The position numbers and the translations under genes were made by a program. 64,000 nucleotides of DNA. Source: an uncultured delta proteobacterium. GTDB taxonomy: Bacteria; Desulfobacterota; RBG-13-43-22. The notes beneath the pieces are model-generated. The model searched no databases and had not been told where the DNA came from. It saw only the letters and a program-made list of their open reading frames with translations. Positions 1 through 10,214 of the stretch are shown piece after piece (within the stretch, counting starts at the first letter, position 1; every line of letters starts with the position of its first letter). Location of the stretch: assembly GCA_963711835.1 (NCBI GenBank), contig CAVQFQ010000019.1, forward strand, positions 20,134-84,133, read 5' to 3'.

Positions 1-332
1 TTCAGGAACAGTACCTGATCGCCTATGAAGCCGCTGTGCTCAGTGCCTTGGAGGAGGTTGAAAACGCACTCGTGGCCTATGCAAAAGAACAACAACGGAG
101 ACAGTCATTGAGCGAGGCGACAGAAGCGGCCCAAAAGGCGGTAGAGCTGGCACAGCACAAGTACCAGGCAGGTCTGACGGATTTCAGCAATGTCCTAGAT
201 GCGCAGCGTTCGCTCTTGTCCTTCCAGGACCAACTGGCCCAAAGCGACGGGACCGTAACCTCTAACCTGGTCCGTCTATACAAGGCCGTGGGTGGTGGAT
301 GGACTTCCCTGGCCCCCAATGATAACAAATAA
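1..332 (+). CDS. Outer-membrane efflux channel, TolC/NodT family (3' part; gene starts before window)
   Basis: C-terminal OEP motifs 'Y..G..DFSNVLDAQRSL' and 'LYKAVGGGW'; first gene of an efflux operon. Confidence 0.9.
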   Translation, partial: QEQYLIAYEAAVLSALEEVENALVAYAKEQQRRQSLSEATEAAQKAVELAQHKYQAGLTDFSNVLDAQRSLLSFQDQLAQSDGTVTSNLVRLYKAVGGGWTSLAPNDNK

Positions 333-353
333 TTTTTAACATAGAGAGAAGAG

Positions 354-1655
354 ATGAAATCAAAGATTAATCCAGAATCGGATGTTGCTCAAACCTTGGA
401 AATTGATCAATCTTCGGGCCGCCGAAAGGGTCTGAGGCAATGGCTCATTGTGGCCTTCCTAGTGGCAGCCGCTGTGACAACTGTTGTGATCTGATAAGAG
501 AATGGAAAATTCCAATTCGGTGCAGTACAAAACCCAGGAGGCGGTGCGCGGAAATCTGACGGTCATCGTCACGGCCACAGGCACCCTGCAGCCAACCAAT
601 AAGGTCGACGTGGGCAGCGAGTTGTCCGGTATTATCAAGACGGTCGAAGTGGACCACAACGGCAGGGTGAAGGTCGGCCAGGTCCTGGCCAGGCTGGACA
701 CCTCGAAACTCGAGGCCCAGGTAACCCAATCCAGGGCCGCCCTGGAATCAGCAAAGGGCAAGCTCTTGCAGACGCAGGCGACTCTCAAGGAGACCCGCAG
801 CAAACTCGGACAGCTTCAAAAGGTACGGGAACTGAGCAAGAACAAGGTTCCTTCACAGTCTGAGCTCCATGCGGCAGAGGCGGCGTTCGAACGGGCAAGG
901 GCTGATGAAGCCAGCGCCAAGGCTGCGGTCTCCCAGGCCCGGGCCACGCTCGAAGCCAAGGAGACGGACCTGTCCAAAACGGTCATCCGTTCGCCGATCA
1001 ATGGAATCGTTCTCACCCGCAGCGTGGAGCCCGGCCAGACCGTGGCCGCTTCCTTCCAGGCCCCGGTACTCTTCACCCTGGCCGAGGACTTGACCCAGAT
1101 GGAACTGAACGTGGATGTGGACGAAGCCGATGTGGGCAGAGTGCGGGAAGGCCAGAAAGCCACGTTCAGGGTCGATGCCTATCCGAATCGAACTTTCGAG
1201 GCACGGATCACCCAGGCCCGTTATGGTTCGTCAACGACCGTCAGGGGTAGTGACCTACGAAACCGTGCTGAAAGGTCAACAATTCGGATTTGTCCCTGCG
1301 ACCGGGAATGACGGCCACGGCGGACATCACGGTCAAGAAGGTCGAAAACGCCGTCCTGATACCCCAAGCGGCCTGACGGTTTACACCGCCGGTGCAGGAA
1401 AGGAAAAGAAACCTTCCGGCGGGCTCTGGTCGGCTCTCTGCTTCCGCGTCCGCCCAGCCTTCGGCGTCAAAACAAGGCGAGGATGCAACCGCCAGCAAAA
1501 AGCAACAGACGCGTCTGGATCCTTAAAGGACGGGCAAGCCTCTCGCCCTTTCCATCTCCATCGGATCGACCGATGGGACCATGACCGAAGTGACGGCCGG
1601 GGAAATCAAACCGGGATGGCGCTGGTGGTTGATACCGATCAAGGCGGGGCAAATG
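354..1655 (+). pseudogene. MacA-like periplasmic adaptor (membrane fusion protein), broken by a stop near 492 and several frameshifts after ~1245
   Basis: ATG354 gives an N-terminal TM helix; ORF 502-1311 has 'ATGTLQP..VDVGSELSG', 'IRSPINGIV', 'VDEADVG'; the C-terminus ('GVVTYETVL', 'RPGMTATADI') is spread over other frames. Confidence 0.8.
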
Positions 1656-1658
1656 AAC

Positions 1659-2395
1659 ATGAGTAGCCTCCAGGCAAATGGCATCAATCGGAGATCCCTG
1701 ATCGATCTTTCAAGGGGTGTCGAAAGTCTATGGCAGGGCCAGGCGGCCATGGAGGCCTTGCGCGGCATTGATCTTTCGCATCGGGAAGGGGAATTCGTGG
1801 CGATCATGGGGCCGAGCGGTTCGGGCAAGTCCACTTGCATGAACATTCTGGGATGTCTGGATACGCCGACGGCCGGGAACCTATCGATTCAAGGGCATCG
1901 AAGTCGGCAGGCTGATCCGCAACCAGCGGGCGCTGCTGCGTCGCCATTTTACCTTGGATTTGTCTTCCAGGGCTATAACCTGCTGAGCCGCACCTCGGCC
2001 CTGGAAAACGTGGAACTGCCCCTGATCTATCGCGGGAGTCCCCGCCGGCGAACGGCGAGCACGGGCCGTTCAGGCGCTGGAGATTGTGGGTCTTGAACGG
2101 ATGGGAATCCCATACACCCGGCGAACTCTCGGGCGGTCAGCAGCAGCGGGTGGCCATCGCCCGGGCCATCGTCACCAAGCCGGCTGTATTACTGGCCGAC
2201 GAACCCACGGGCAATCTGGATACGGCCCGAAGCCGGGAAATCATGGAAGTGCTAGCTGGCCTTGAACCACAACCAGGGGATTACCATCGTCATGGTCACC
2301 CACGAATCGGATATGGCGGCTTATGCCGGCGCGTACCATCCGTTTTCTGGACGGCCGGGTCGAGTCGGATCGAGCGAAACGGGAGGGCGTCCTGA
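1659..2395 (+). pseudogene. MacB/LolD-type ABC ATPase, frameshifted
   Basis: Walker A GPSGSGKST, '[10 protein letters not shown]', signature [14 protein letters not shown], Walker [12 protein letters not shown], and H-loop MVTHE found in successive frames. Confidence 0.85.
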
Positions 2396-3250
2396 TGCTT
2401 TGGAACACCATTCTTTTGTCCCTGCGTGAAATCAAACGTAATGTCCTGCGCTCGGTTTTGACCATCCTGGGTATTGTCATCGGGGTGGCGGCGGTCATTG
2501 TCATGGTCACCATCGGCGGCGGGGCCACGGTCCAGGTGACCGAGCAGATTGCCAGCCTGGGCAGCAATCATGTTGATGGTCAGCCCGGGAAAACGGATGG
2601 GGCCGGGCCAGTCTTCACGGCCAGCGCCCCTGTTCAAGCTGAAGACGGCGAGGCCATCGGCAGGAATGATCGGCTCGGCGGCGGCTGTGGCCCCCGTCGT
2701 CTTCCCAAGCATCCATGACCGCCATATTCGGCAATGAAAACTGGTCGACCACCGGTCACCGGAACGGACAATCAATTCTTCAAGATGGGGAACCGAGTCA
2801 TCAAAACCGGACGGCCTTTTCAGCGAAAGCGAGCTGCGCGCCGGGGCGGCTGCCTGCATCATAGGAGAGACGGTGCGTAAGAAACTGTTCGGCGGGCAGG
2901 AGCCCCTGGGGGGGAAGATCCGTCTCCAAAAACTTTCCTGTGAGGTGATCGGTCTGCTGGAAGCCAAGGGGCAGAGCTCTATGGGCATGGATCAGGACGA
3001 TCTGGTGGTGATTCCCCTCAGGACACTTATCAAAGGCGTATTTCCGGAAATCAGGACATCGCTCTCATCGGGGTTTCGGTCCGGGAAGGGGTGTCGACGG
3101 ACAAGGTCCAGAGAGGATATCGAACGGTTGATGCGGGAACGGCGTCATATCGCGGCCAACAAGGACGATGATTTCAACGGTCATGGACATGAAAGAGATC
3201 GCCAATATGCTGACCGGAACCACGCGGGTGCTCACGGCCCTGCTGGGGCG
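2395..3250 (+). pseudogene. MacB/FtsX-type ABC permease, frameshifted and 3'-truncated
   Basis: 'RSVLTILGIVIGVAAVIVMVTIGGG', 'GQEPLGGKIRL..VIGLL..KGQS.MG.DQDD'; similarity stops abruptly near 3250, before the last TM helices. Confidence 0.8.
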
Positions 3251-3485
3251 GGGCTCTCCCTCTCTGATCCCGTTTGATAACTTGCAGAAATTCTGGTATA
3301 AGGAAACATTCGACCCGATTAGGGCCTAAACCGGCGATAGGGGTCCATTAAAGGATGTGGTTCGTTGAATAACCTTGGAAAAAACTTTTCTATGCCTGAC
3401 CTTTCTCTATCCGATAGTCAGTCCAGGATCCCGATAAAAAAATGGGCTGTACGGGTGTGACGCTGCCATCTGAGAGGCCGTTTTA

Positions 3486-4091
3486 ATGGGCGGGTTCTTT
3501 ATGCTCAGGCTCGGTCTGGGCTTTATGCGCCGGGTAAGCGGAGGGCAGGGGCGGCTCTTAAAAGCGGTTGGTCCCGGTCTGCTTTTTAGTCTGGTTAGGG
3601 CGGGTAACCGCCATTTCCGGAAGGCCTTTGCCGCCACCCCCTTTTCCAAGCGTTTGCTTTTTCTCCCCCTCTGTCTTCGCCCCCCGGATTGTCAGGCCTT
3701 TCTGGATCCTGGGCTCGGCTACATCTGCCGGGAATATTGTCCGGACTGTGAGCTGGGGAAATTGCGGCGGGATGCACTTGACCTTGGCTACGGCGGGGTC
3801 TATGTGGTACCAAGTTCCCGGATGATCCTTCAGGAAGGGGTCATCCCCAGCGATCAATTCATGTTGGAGAAGGTGAAACAGCATGACCCGACCGCGGTCC
3901 TGGGGGTGACCTGTCTCTGGTATGTCCGCCACCGCCTGCTGGAAAAATATACCCTTGGACGCAACGGGTATACTTCAGGCTCGGGACATCCCCATTCGGT
4001 AGTGCAGGGTGTGCTGCTGGAAAACAGGAACTGCCGGAAGGCCGCGGTGGACTGGGGTTTGGTCCGGGAACGCCTGTACCTCCGGTCGTAA
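3486..4091 (+). CDS. Cys-rich hypothetical protein, DUF116-like putative metal-binding protein
   Basis: 'RLLFLPLCLR..DC.A', 'CREYCPDC.LG', 'VYVVPSS', 'AVLGVTC', 'VQGVLL...C' pattern resembles DUF116. Confidence 0.6.
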   Translation: MGGFFMLRLGLGFMRRVSGGQGRLLKAVGPGLLFSLVRAGNRHFRKAFAATPFSKRLLFLPLCLRPPDCQAFLDPGLGYICREYCPDCELGKLRRDALDLGYGGVYVVPSSRMILQEGVIPSDQFMLEKVKQHDPTAVLGVTCLWYVRHRLLEKYTLGRNGYTSGSGHPHSVVQGVLLENRNCRKAAVDWGLVRERLYLRS

Positions 4092-4098
4092 CAAGGCA

Positions 4099-4148
4099 CC
4101 CTGGACGCCTCGGATCTGCAAGCAACGAAACTTTTCAACCATCGAGGT
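4099..4148 (-). repeat. Partial copy (one end) of MITE-like family 2
   Basis: Reverse complement matches 27430-27479 (ACCTCGATG..AAAAGTTTCG..TTGCAGATCCGAGGCGTCCAGGG). Confidence 0.75.
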
Positions 4149-4152
4149 TACC

Positions 4153-4456
4153 CTTATTAAGGGTCTTACAATAATATTTACCAACAGGGACCGGGGGGTC
4201 TTCTTTTCTGGGGTTGTCCAAAGGGTAACTCATCGCCCTATCCCGGCCCGGACGGCTAAGTAGGTTAGGTGCAGGGCATTCACTCAAGTCCGTTTCGGGC
4301 ATTAGCGTAGGCCTGTCTCTGAATTAGATTCAAATTTTGGCCCGGTAAAGAAGCTTTGGGCTTGAAGGTGGACAACCCAGAAAAGAAGACCCCCCGGTCC
4401 CATTTAATGCAAGCTCCTCAATTTCATGTTAAGACTATGATGAGACCCTTAATAAG
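4153..4456 (-). repeat. Structured dispersed element, family 1, copy A (inner element 4187-4401; outer 14-bp inverted repeat)
   Basis: Terminal IR GGGACCGGGGGGTCTTCTTTTCTGGG(G)TTGTCC; core motifs in reverse orientation (GGGCATTCAC, GTAGGCCT, CGGCCC); outer IR CTTATTAAGGGTCT/AGACCCTTAATAAG. Confidence 0.9.
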
Positions 4457-4482
4457 TCAAAAAAAGGTCTTTCAGGAGCGCT

Positions 4483-4947
4483 ATGTTTTCCATAACCGAA
4501 ATTATTGAACTCGCTGTTCAGATTGAAAAAAACGGGGAAAAATCGTATCGAAGGGCCCAGCAGGCGGCCTCCGATGACGCCTTGAAGGCCATGCTCGGGC
4601 TACTGGCCGAGGAGGAAGGGGACCACCAGCAGTGGTTCAGGGATCTAAAGAACCGGATTATCAGCAAAGCCGTTGATCCCGACCTGGAAGAGATGGCCAG
4701 GGGATTATTTCAAGGCATTCTGGGGGAAAAGGCTTTTGCCCTGGACGAGTTGAATCCGGCTGATCTTTCCGATCTAACGGCCCTGTTGCAGATATCGGCC
4801 GAGTTCGAAAAAGATACGGTTCTTTTTTATGAGATGCTGGAGCCGTTCATAGAAGAGGCTGAGAGCAGGGATCATCTAAAAGCTATTATTGAGGAAGAGA
4901 AAGGCCATATTAGAAGGCTTCAGGAACGCATAAAAAACCTGCCCTGA
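4483..4947 (+). CDS. Ferritin-like/rubrerythrin-family protein
   Basis: 'ELAVQIEKNG..Y', 'LAEEEGDH', 'FEKDTVLFY', 'IIEEEKGH' di-iron ExxH motifs; RBS AGGAG. Confidence 0.9.
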   Translation: MFSITEIIELAVQIEKNGEKSYRRAQQAASDDALKAMLGLLAEEEGDHQQWFRDLKNRIISKAVDPDLEEMARGLFQGILGEKAFALDELNPADLSDLTALLQISAEFEKDTVLFYEMLEPFIEEAESRDHLKAIIEEEKGHIRRLQERIKNLP

Positions 4948-5170
4948 GACCGAAATCCTCCCGCGGGAAAGATCGAGGGGGGTACCCTAAAGAAAAATAG
5001 AGAAAATTATTCTCATAATAAGAAATCCTTTTCCTTTTTGTGGGAAATCGGAAGGCTGAAAAAAACTTTTTTTTTCTTCAAGGAAACCGAAAGACGCCTT
5101 CCTGATAAAATGATCTGAAAATCTTAAGAGTTACAAAGGTTAGGGTCAAGCCCGGCCGTCTATGAGGTTA

Positions 5171-5186
5171 GGGTATAATATTTGCA
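5171..5186 (+). promoter_or_regulatory. Possible sigma54 -24/-12 promoter
   Basis: GGGTATAATATTTGCA has GG-N10-GC spacing. Confidence 0.4.
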
Positions 5187-5232
5187 ATTGTTTTATTGAA
5201 TTAGGTTAAGATCTTCAAAAAAAATCCTTTTC

Positions 5233-5261
5233 TTGACAATCAGGGTTGTATTTTTTATAAA
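5233..5261 (+). promoter_or_regulatory. Sigma70-type promoter upstream of the small ERR/DRR protein
   Basis: TTGACA-17 nt-TATAAA. Confidence 0.65.
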
Positions 5262-5357
5262 GTGGAGAAAGAGGTTTTAAGAAGAGGTATGAGATGAGAG
5301 AGTTAACGCTTCATTCTTACCAACTTACCAAGACGGGGTAGCTAAAGGACATGGCCG

Positions 5358-5606
5358 ATGATGTACTTGAATGGGAAACTCTATAAAAACTTAGGCCCCT
5401 ACCAATTGTTGAAAGACAGCGTTTTTTGGGAGGATTGTATTGTGTACGGCGACTATGTCCTCGAGAAAGTGGCCGAAGGAGAGCGAAGAAAGGCCGATCG
5501 CAGAAAAGTGGGAGGGCAGTGGCAAGGGGGCGATCGTCGGAAATGGGACCGGAGGATCGAATATCAGGCTGCCCAACTAAGGCCGGTAGCCGCTGCCTTA
5601 CTATAA
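5358..5606 (+). CDS. Small hypothetical protein with tandem ERR/DRR (RxxxR) motifs
   Basis: RBS AAAGGA; 'ERRKADRRK...GDRRKWDRR'. Confidence 0.6.
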   Translation: MMYLNGKLYKNLGPYQLLKDSVFWEDCIVYGDYVLEKVAEGERRKADRRKVGGQWQGGDRRKWDRRIEYQAAQLRPVAAALL

Positions 5607-5872
5607 TAAAAGGCCTCTTAGTCCAGAGAACCAGAAACGATGTGTCGCCTCATCATTATCCTCTTGCCGCTTGTTTTTTCCTAACCCGTTACTCTAAAGC
5701 CTGATCACCTGATCCCGGTTTGCCTCAAGGAAGCCCCATTATAAAAAACTACCCCTCCATTGATCAGATTTCCCGACAGGGTAAGCAGAGGGTTCCGGAG
5801 GCGGGGAATCCATCGTCTTCCCCATGCGGTCCAAATCCGACTACCCTAGCCCGATCCGCGCCTGCCCGAATC

Positions 5873-8800
5873 TTAGATCAATTTTTCTATCCTCACGGCG
5901 CAGACTTTCAACTCCGGGATCTTGGCTACCGGATCCAGGGCGGTCTGGGTCAGGGCATTGGCCGCGGCCTCGGCATAGTGGAAGGGAATGAAGATTGTTC
6001 CCCGGGGCGAGCGGTCAGTTATTTTTATCCTGGCTTCTAAAGCCCCCCGCCTGGACAGGACCCGCACCTGTTCCCAGTCCAAAAGTTTCAAGAAAAAGGC
6101 ATCTCCGGGGGAGATTTCGATCAGACATTCCGGGGCCATTTTTTCCAATTCGGGACTCTTCCGGGTCATGGTCCCGGTGTGGTATTGATAGAGCAGACGC
6201 CCGGTGGTCAGCGTCAAAGGGAACTCGGCATCCGTCGGTTCCTGGGGACCTTGGTAGGCAACAGGATGGAACTTTCCTAACCCCCGGCTAAAGCGATCCT
6301 TATGGAGGTAAGTAGTCCCCGGATGATCCAGGGTCGGGCAGGGCCATTGTAGGCCGATCCGGTTGAGGCGGGCATAGGTCATGCCGGCGTAGGAGGGTGT
6401 TACGGTGCGGATCTCTTCAAAAATTTCTTCGGCATTTTTATAAGCCATAGGTAGGCCCATCCGGGCGGCCAAGTCGCTGATGATCTCCCAATCCGGGCGG
6501 GCCTTTCCAAGAGGAGCGATGGCCTGACGGACCCGCTGGACCCTCCGTTCGGTGTTGGTAAAGGTCCCATCCTTCTCGGCAAAAGAAACGCCGGGTAAAA
6601 CGACCTGGGCCAAGCGGGCCGTTTCGGTCAAAAAGATATCCTGAACTACCAGAAAATCCAAGGCCTTCAATGCCTGGAGGACATGGTGGGCATCGGGATC
6701 CGAGAGGACCGGATTCTCTCCAAAAACATATAATCCCCGAACCTCTTTTTTTAAGGCCCCATCAAACATTTCCATCAAGGTCAGGCCGGGCTGATCGGGA
6801 AGATCCCGGACCCCCCAGGCCCTTTCCATTTTTTCCCTGGCCTCCGGATCGCTCACCTTTTGATAGCCCGAAAAAACATCAGGCAGGCCGCCCATATCGC
6901 AGGCCCCCTGGACGTTGTTCTGCCCCCTCAGGGGATTTACTCCGGCCGCCGGGAAGCCTACGTTGCCGCAGAGCATGGCCAGATTGGCCAGGGCCTTGAC
7001 GTTATCGGTCCCGTGGCTGTGCTGGGTAATACCCATGGTGTAGTAAATACCGGCCCGGTCTCCGGCGTACAGGCGGGCAGCTTGGTTCAGATCCTTTTCC
7101 GGGATGCCGCAAATTTTGGAAACGAAATCCGGGGTGAACTGGGCCAGGGATTGCTTCCATTCCTCGAACCCTTCAGTCCTGGACCGGACATATTCCTGGT
7201 CATAAAGGTCCTCATCCAGGATGATTTTCATAAGTCCGTTGGTCCAGGCAATATCTGTTCCCGGACGGGGGTGGAGCCAGAGGGTGGCCAGATCAACCAG
7301 TTCGATTTTTCTGGGATCCACCACAATCAGCTTGGCCCCGTGTTGCTGAACGGCTCGCTTGACGGCCGCCCCGATGATGGGATGGTTTTCAGTGGTATTG
7401 GAGCCGGTAATCAGGAGGACCTTGGCCTGTTCGATCTCGGCTATGGAATTGGTCATGGCCCCACTTCCGAAAGCGGCAGCCAGACCGGCTACCGTGGTGG
7501 AGTGTCAGAGGCGGGCGCAATGGTCTATGTTGTTGGTTTTAAAAACCGCCCGGACCAATTTCTGCATCAGATAGTTTTCTTCATTGGTGGCCCGGGCCGA
7601 GGTCAAGGTCGCCAGGGTATTGGGGCCATAGGTTTCCTGCAGCTTTTGGAAGCGGCCGGCCACCAGATTCAAGGCCTCTTCCCAGGAGGCCTCGCGGAAA
7701 CCATTCCCCTCCCGGATCAGAGGGGTGGTCAGGCGATCCGGGTGTTGGATGAAATCGAATCCAAATCGGCCTTTGACACAGAGATGTCCGAAATTAGGGG
7801 GCACCCGTTCCACCCCATTGACCCGGACAATTTTCTGGCCGGCTTTTTCCAGATAGAGCTGGCAACCTACCCCACAATAGGTGCAGGTGGTCTTGGTCCG
7901 TTCCAGTTGCCAGGGGCCCGGCAGACCCGGCGTCTTTTCAGTTAAGGCCCCGGTGGGACAGTTGGCCAGACAAAGTCCGCAAGAGACGCAGCGTTCGTTG
8001 ATGGTCGCCGAATAGGCCGGAGGCCCGCCTTCGCTTAGGGCCGGCACTTCCGGAAGTTCAAAGGCCTTTTGGATTTGGTAATCCGAACAGCCACGGAGGC
8101 ACCTGCGGCAGGTGATGCACTTGTTCGGGTCGATATGAATGAAGGGATGGTACTCCTTAAGAGGGTGCATCCGCTTCGACCAGACCGGCAGCTTATCGAT
8201 CTCCACTCCGTATTGGACCGAATAAGCCCTTAAACGGCAGTCAAAGAGATCCTGGCAGCCGCAGGAGAGGCAGCGGGAGGCCTCCTGCATGGCTTCTTCG
8301 GCTTTTATGGTGCATTCCACTTCCTCAAAGCTGTTGCGCCTTTTCTCGATCGGGATATGGGGTTGAAGGACCCGGGGTCTTGGGAGAATTCCTTCAAAAT
8401 TGACGGGATCTACTTCAGTCCATTTCCCTTTGCTGATATTGAAAGGTTTTTTCTCCGGATGGATGAATCCCTGGGTCAGAACCTGATGGATGGAAATAGC
8501 CGCTCTCCGACCGTCGGCGATGGCCTGGATAACGGTCTGGGGGCCCCGGAAAAGATCGCCCCCGATAAAAAGATCGGGAATGGAGGTCTGGAGGGTTTGG
8601 GGATCGGCTTTAGGGGTTCCCCATTTAGTCAGGGCCAGATTGATCAATTCCGGATCCTTTTCGAGAAAGGAAAGATCCGCATATTGGCCGATGGCCACTA
8701 CGGCGGTATCGGCTTGTATAACGGTTTCCGACCCGGGGATTGGAAAGGGCCGGGGACGGCCTCCGCTTTCCGATTCACGGAGTTCATTTTGGATATATTC

Positions 8801-9994
8801 CATCCCGGAAAAACGGCCCTCTTGAGAAAGAATCCGGGTGGGAGAAACAAGAAAGTGCATTTTTAGGCCTTCCTGTTCCGCCGCCGCCACTTCTTCGGGA
8901 TGGGCGGTCATTTCATTTGGGGACCGGCGATAGAGCAGGGTCACTTCTTCGGCTCCCAGCCTGAGACAGGTCCTGGCCGCGTCCATGCCGGTATTCCCGT
9001 TACCGATGATCAGGACCCTTTTCCCAATTTCAACAGGATCCTTGGCGGCTATCCGGATAAGCAATTCCAGGGCCGGAATGATGCCGGGCAGGTCTTCACC
9101 GGGAAGCCCCAGGCGGGTGGATTTCCAGCACCCGGTGGCCAATAGGACGGCTTCAAAGCCCTGGCTGCGGAGGCTGCTGAGAGTAATATCGGAGCCGAAG
9201 ACCTGATTGACCCGGACCTCGACTCCCAGGTCCAGGATCTGCTGGATTTCTTTGTCCAAAATGGCGTTGGGTAAACGGTATTCGGGAATGGCATAGCGGA
9301 GCAAGCCCCCCAACTGGGGTTTGGCCTCAAAAATATGGGCGGTATGCCCTTTGAGACGCAGGTAATGGGCGGCTGAAAGGCCTCCGGGTCCTCCGCCGAT
9401 CACGGCGACTTTATGTCCGCTGTCTTTGGCTAACGGAGGTTTGAAAGGAATGTCCTCCAACAGAGCGTAATCGGCCATGAAGCGTTTTAAGGGATTGATG
9501 GCCAGGGGCTGATCTACCCGATGGCGGCGGCAGACCTCTTCGCAGGGATGAGGACAAACCCGGCCGATAACCATGGGAAGAGGATTCCTCTCCTTGATGA
9601 CCTTTAAGGCCTGGCTGAATTCCCCCCGGCTGATATGGGCCAGATAACCCTGGATATCGATCCCGGCCGGGCAGCTCAACTGGCAGGGAGCCAGACAATC
9701 TCCGTAATGTTGTTCCAAAAGGAGTTCCAAAATGGCCCGGCGGGAAGCATGGACCAGAGGGGAGTCGGTCTGGACGACCATCCCTTCCTTTATGGGAGCG
9801 GCGCAGGAGGCGATCAGCCGATCCTCCCCTTCAACCTGAACCACGCAAATGCGGCAGGATTCCTCGGGTTTTAAAAGGGGGTGATGGCAGAAGGTGGGAA
9901 TAAAAATGCCGGCCTCGGTAGCCGCTTCCAGGATGGTTTTTCCGGATGGCGAAGTCACCATTCGTCCATCAATGGACAGGGAAACGTTAGACAT
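5873..9994 (-). CDS. fdhF: Selenocysteine-containing formate dehydrogenase alpha subunit fused with an internal GltD/NfnB-like FAD/NADPH oxidoreductase domain (~1373 aa)
   Basis: ORFs 7505-9994 and 5873-7456 are in frame across TGA 7505-7507, reading '[29 protein letters not shown]'; 2Fe-2S N-terminus, GltD motifs (PCQLSCPA, GRVCPHPCE, GGGPGG, GNGNTG, YRRS), 2x4Fe-4S, CTYCGVGC, 'PLRGQNNVQGACDMG'. Confidence 0.92.
7475..7493 (-). promoter_or_regulatory. Bacterial SECIS hairpin of fdh
   Basis: GGTAGCC-GGTCT-GGCTGCC starts 11 nt after the UGA; same position and similar loop as the E. coli fdhF SECIS. Confidence 0.85.
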
Positions 9995-10064
9995 GGGCGC
10001 TCCTCTTCCTCAATAGGGTTTTCGCGATCAGTAGGTATTACTTTGTGGCATGTAAATTGGATTT

Positions 10065-10093
10065 TTTATAATATGAAAAAGCAATTGAGTCAA
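10065..10093 (-). promoter_or_regulatory. Sigma70-type promoter of fdh
   Basis: TTGACT-17 nt-TATAAA on the minus strand. Confidence 0.55.
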
Positions 10094-10153
10094 TGGCTTT
10101 TCGTGCTCAAAAGCTTTTTGGGCCGAGGCAGGAATTGGAAGGGGTCCGGAATT

Positions 10154-10194
10154 AAAAAGGCCGGATGTCTTTTCGGAAACACCCGGCCTTTTTT
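10154..10194. terminator. Intrinsic, probably bidirectional, terminator after the GcvH-like gene
   Basis: AAAAAGGCCGG..CCGGCCTTTTTT hairpin with A/T tracts on both sides. Confidence 0.8.
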
Positions 10195-10214
10195 AAAAAA
10201 AATAACGGCTAAGC

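Noticed and set aside
3392-3488. Possible selenocysteine N-terminal extension of the DUF116-like gene (in-frame TGA at 3471)
   Set aside because: An in-frame TAA at 3435 blocks any upstream start unless an indel is assumed; no convincing SECIS or Cys-equivalent motif.
4244-4290. tRNA-like D-arm look (GGCTAAGTAGGTTAGG; AGTTGGTTAAGAGC on the reverse strand of copy B) in family-1 elements
   Set aside because: No T-arm (GTTCRA), no 7-nt anticodon loop with a matching stem, and no acceptor stem/CCA; not called a tRNA.
6860-7945. Long antisense ORFs (e.g. 6860-7945, 29967-30611, 35350-36060, 42258-43148)
   Set aside because: They shadow well-supported genes on the opposite strand, as expected from GC-rich codon bias; no motifs.
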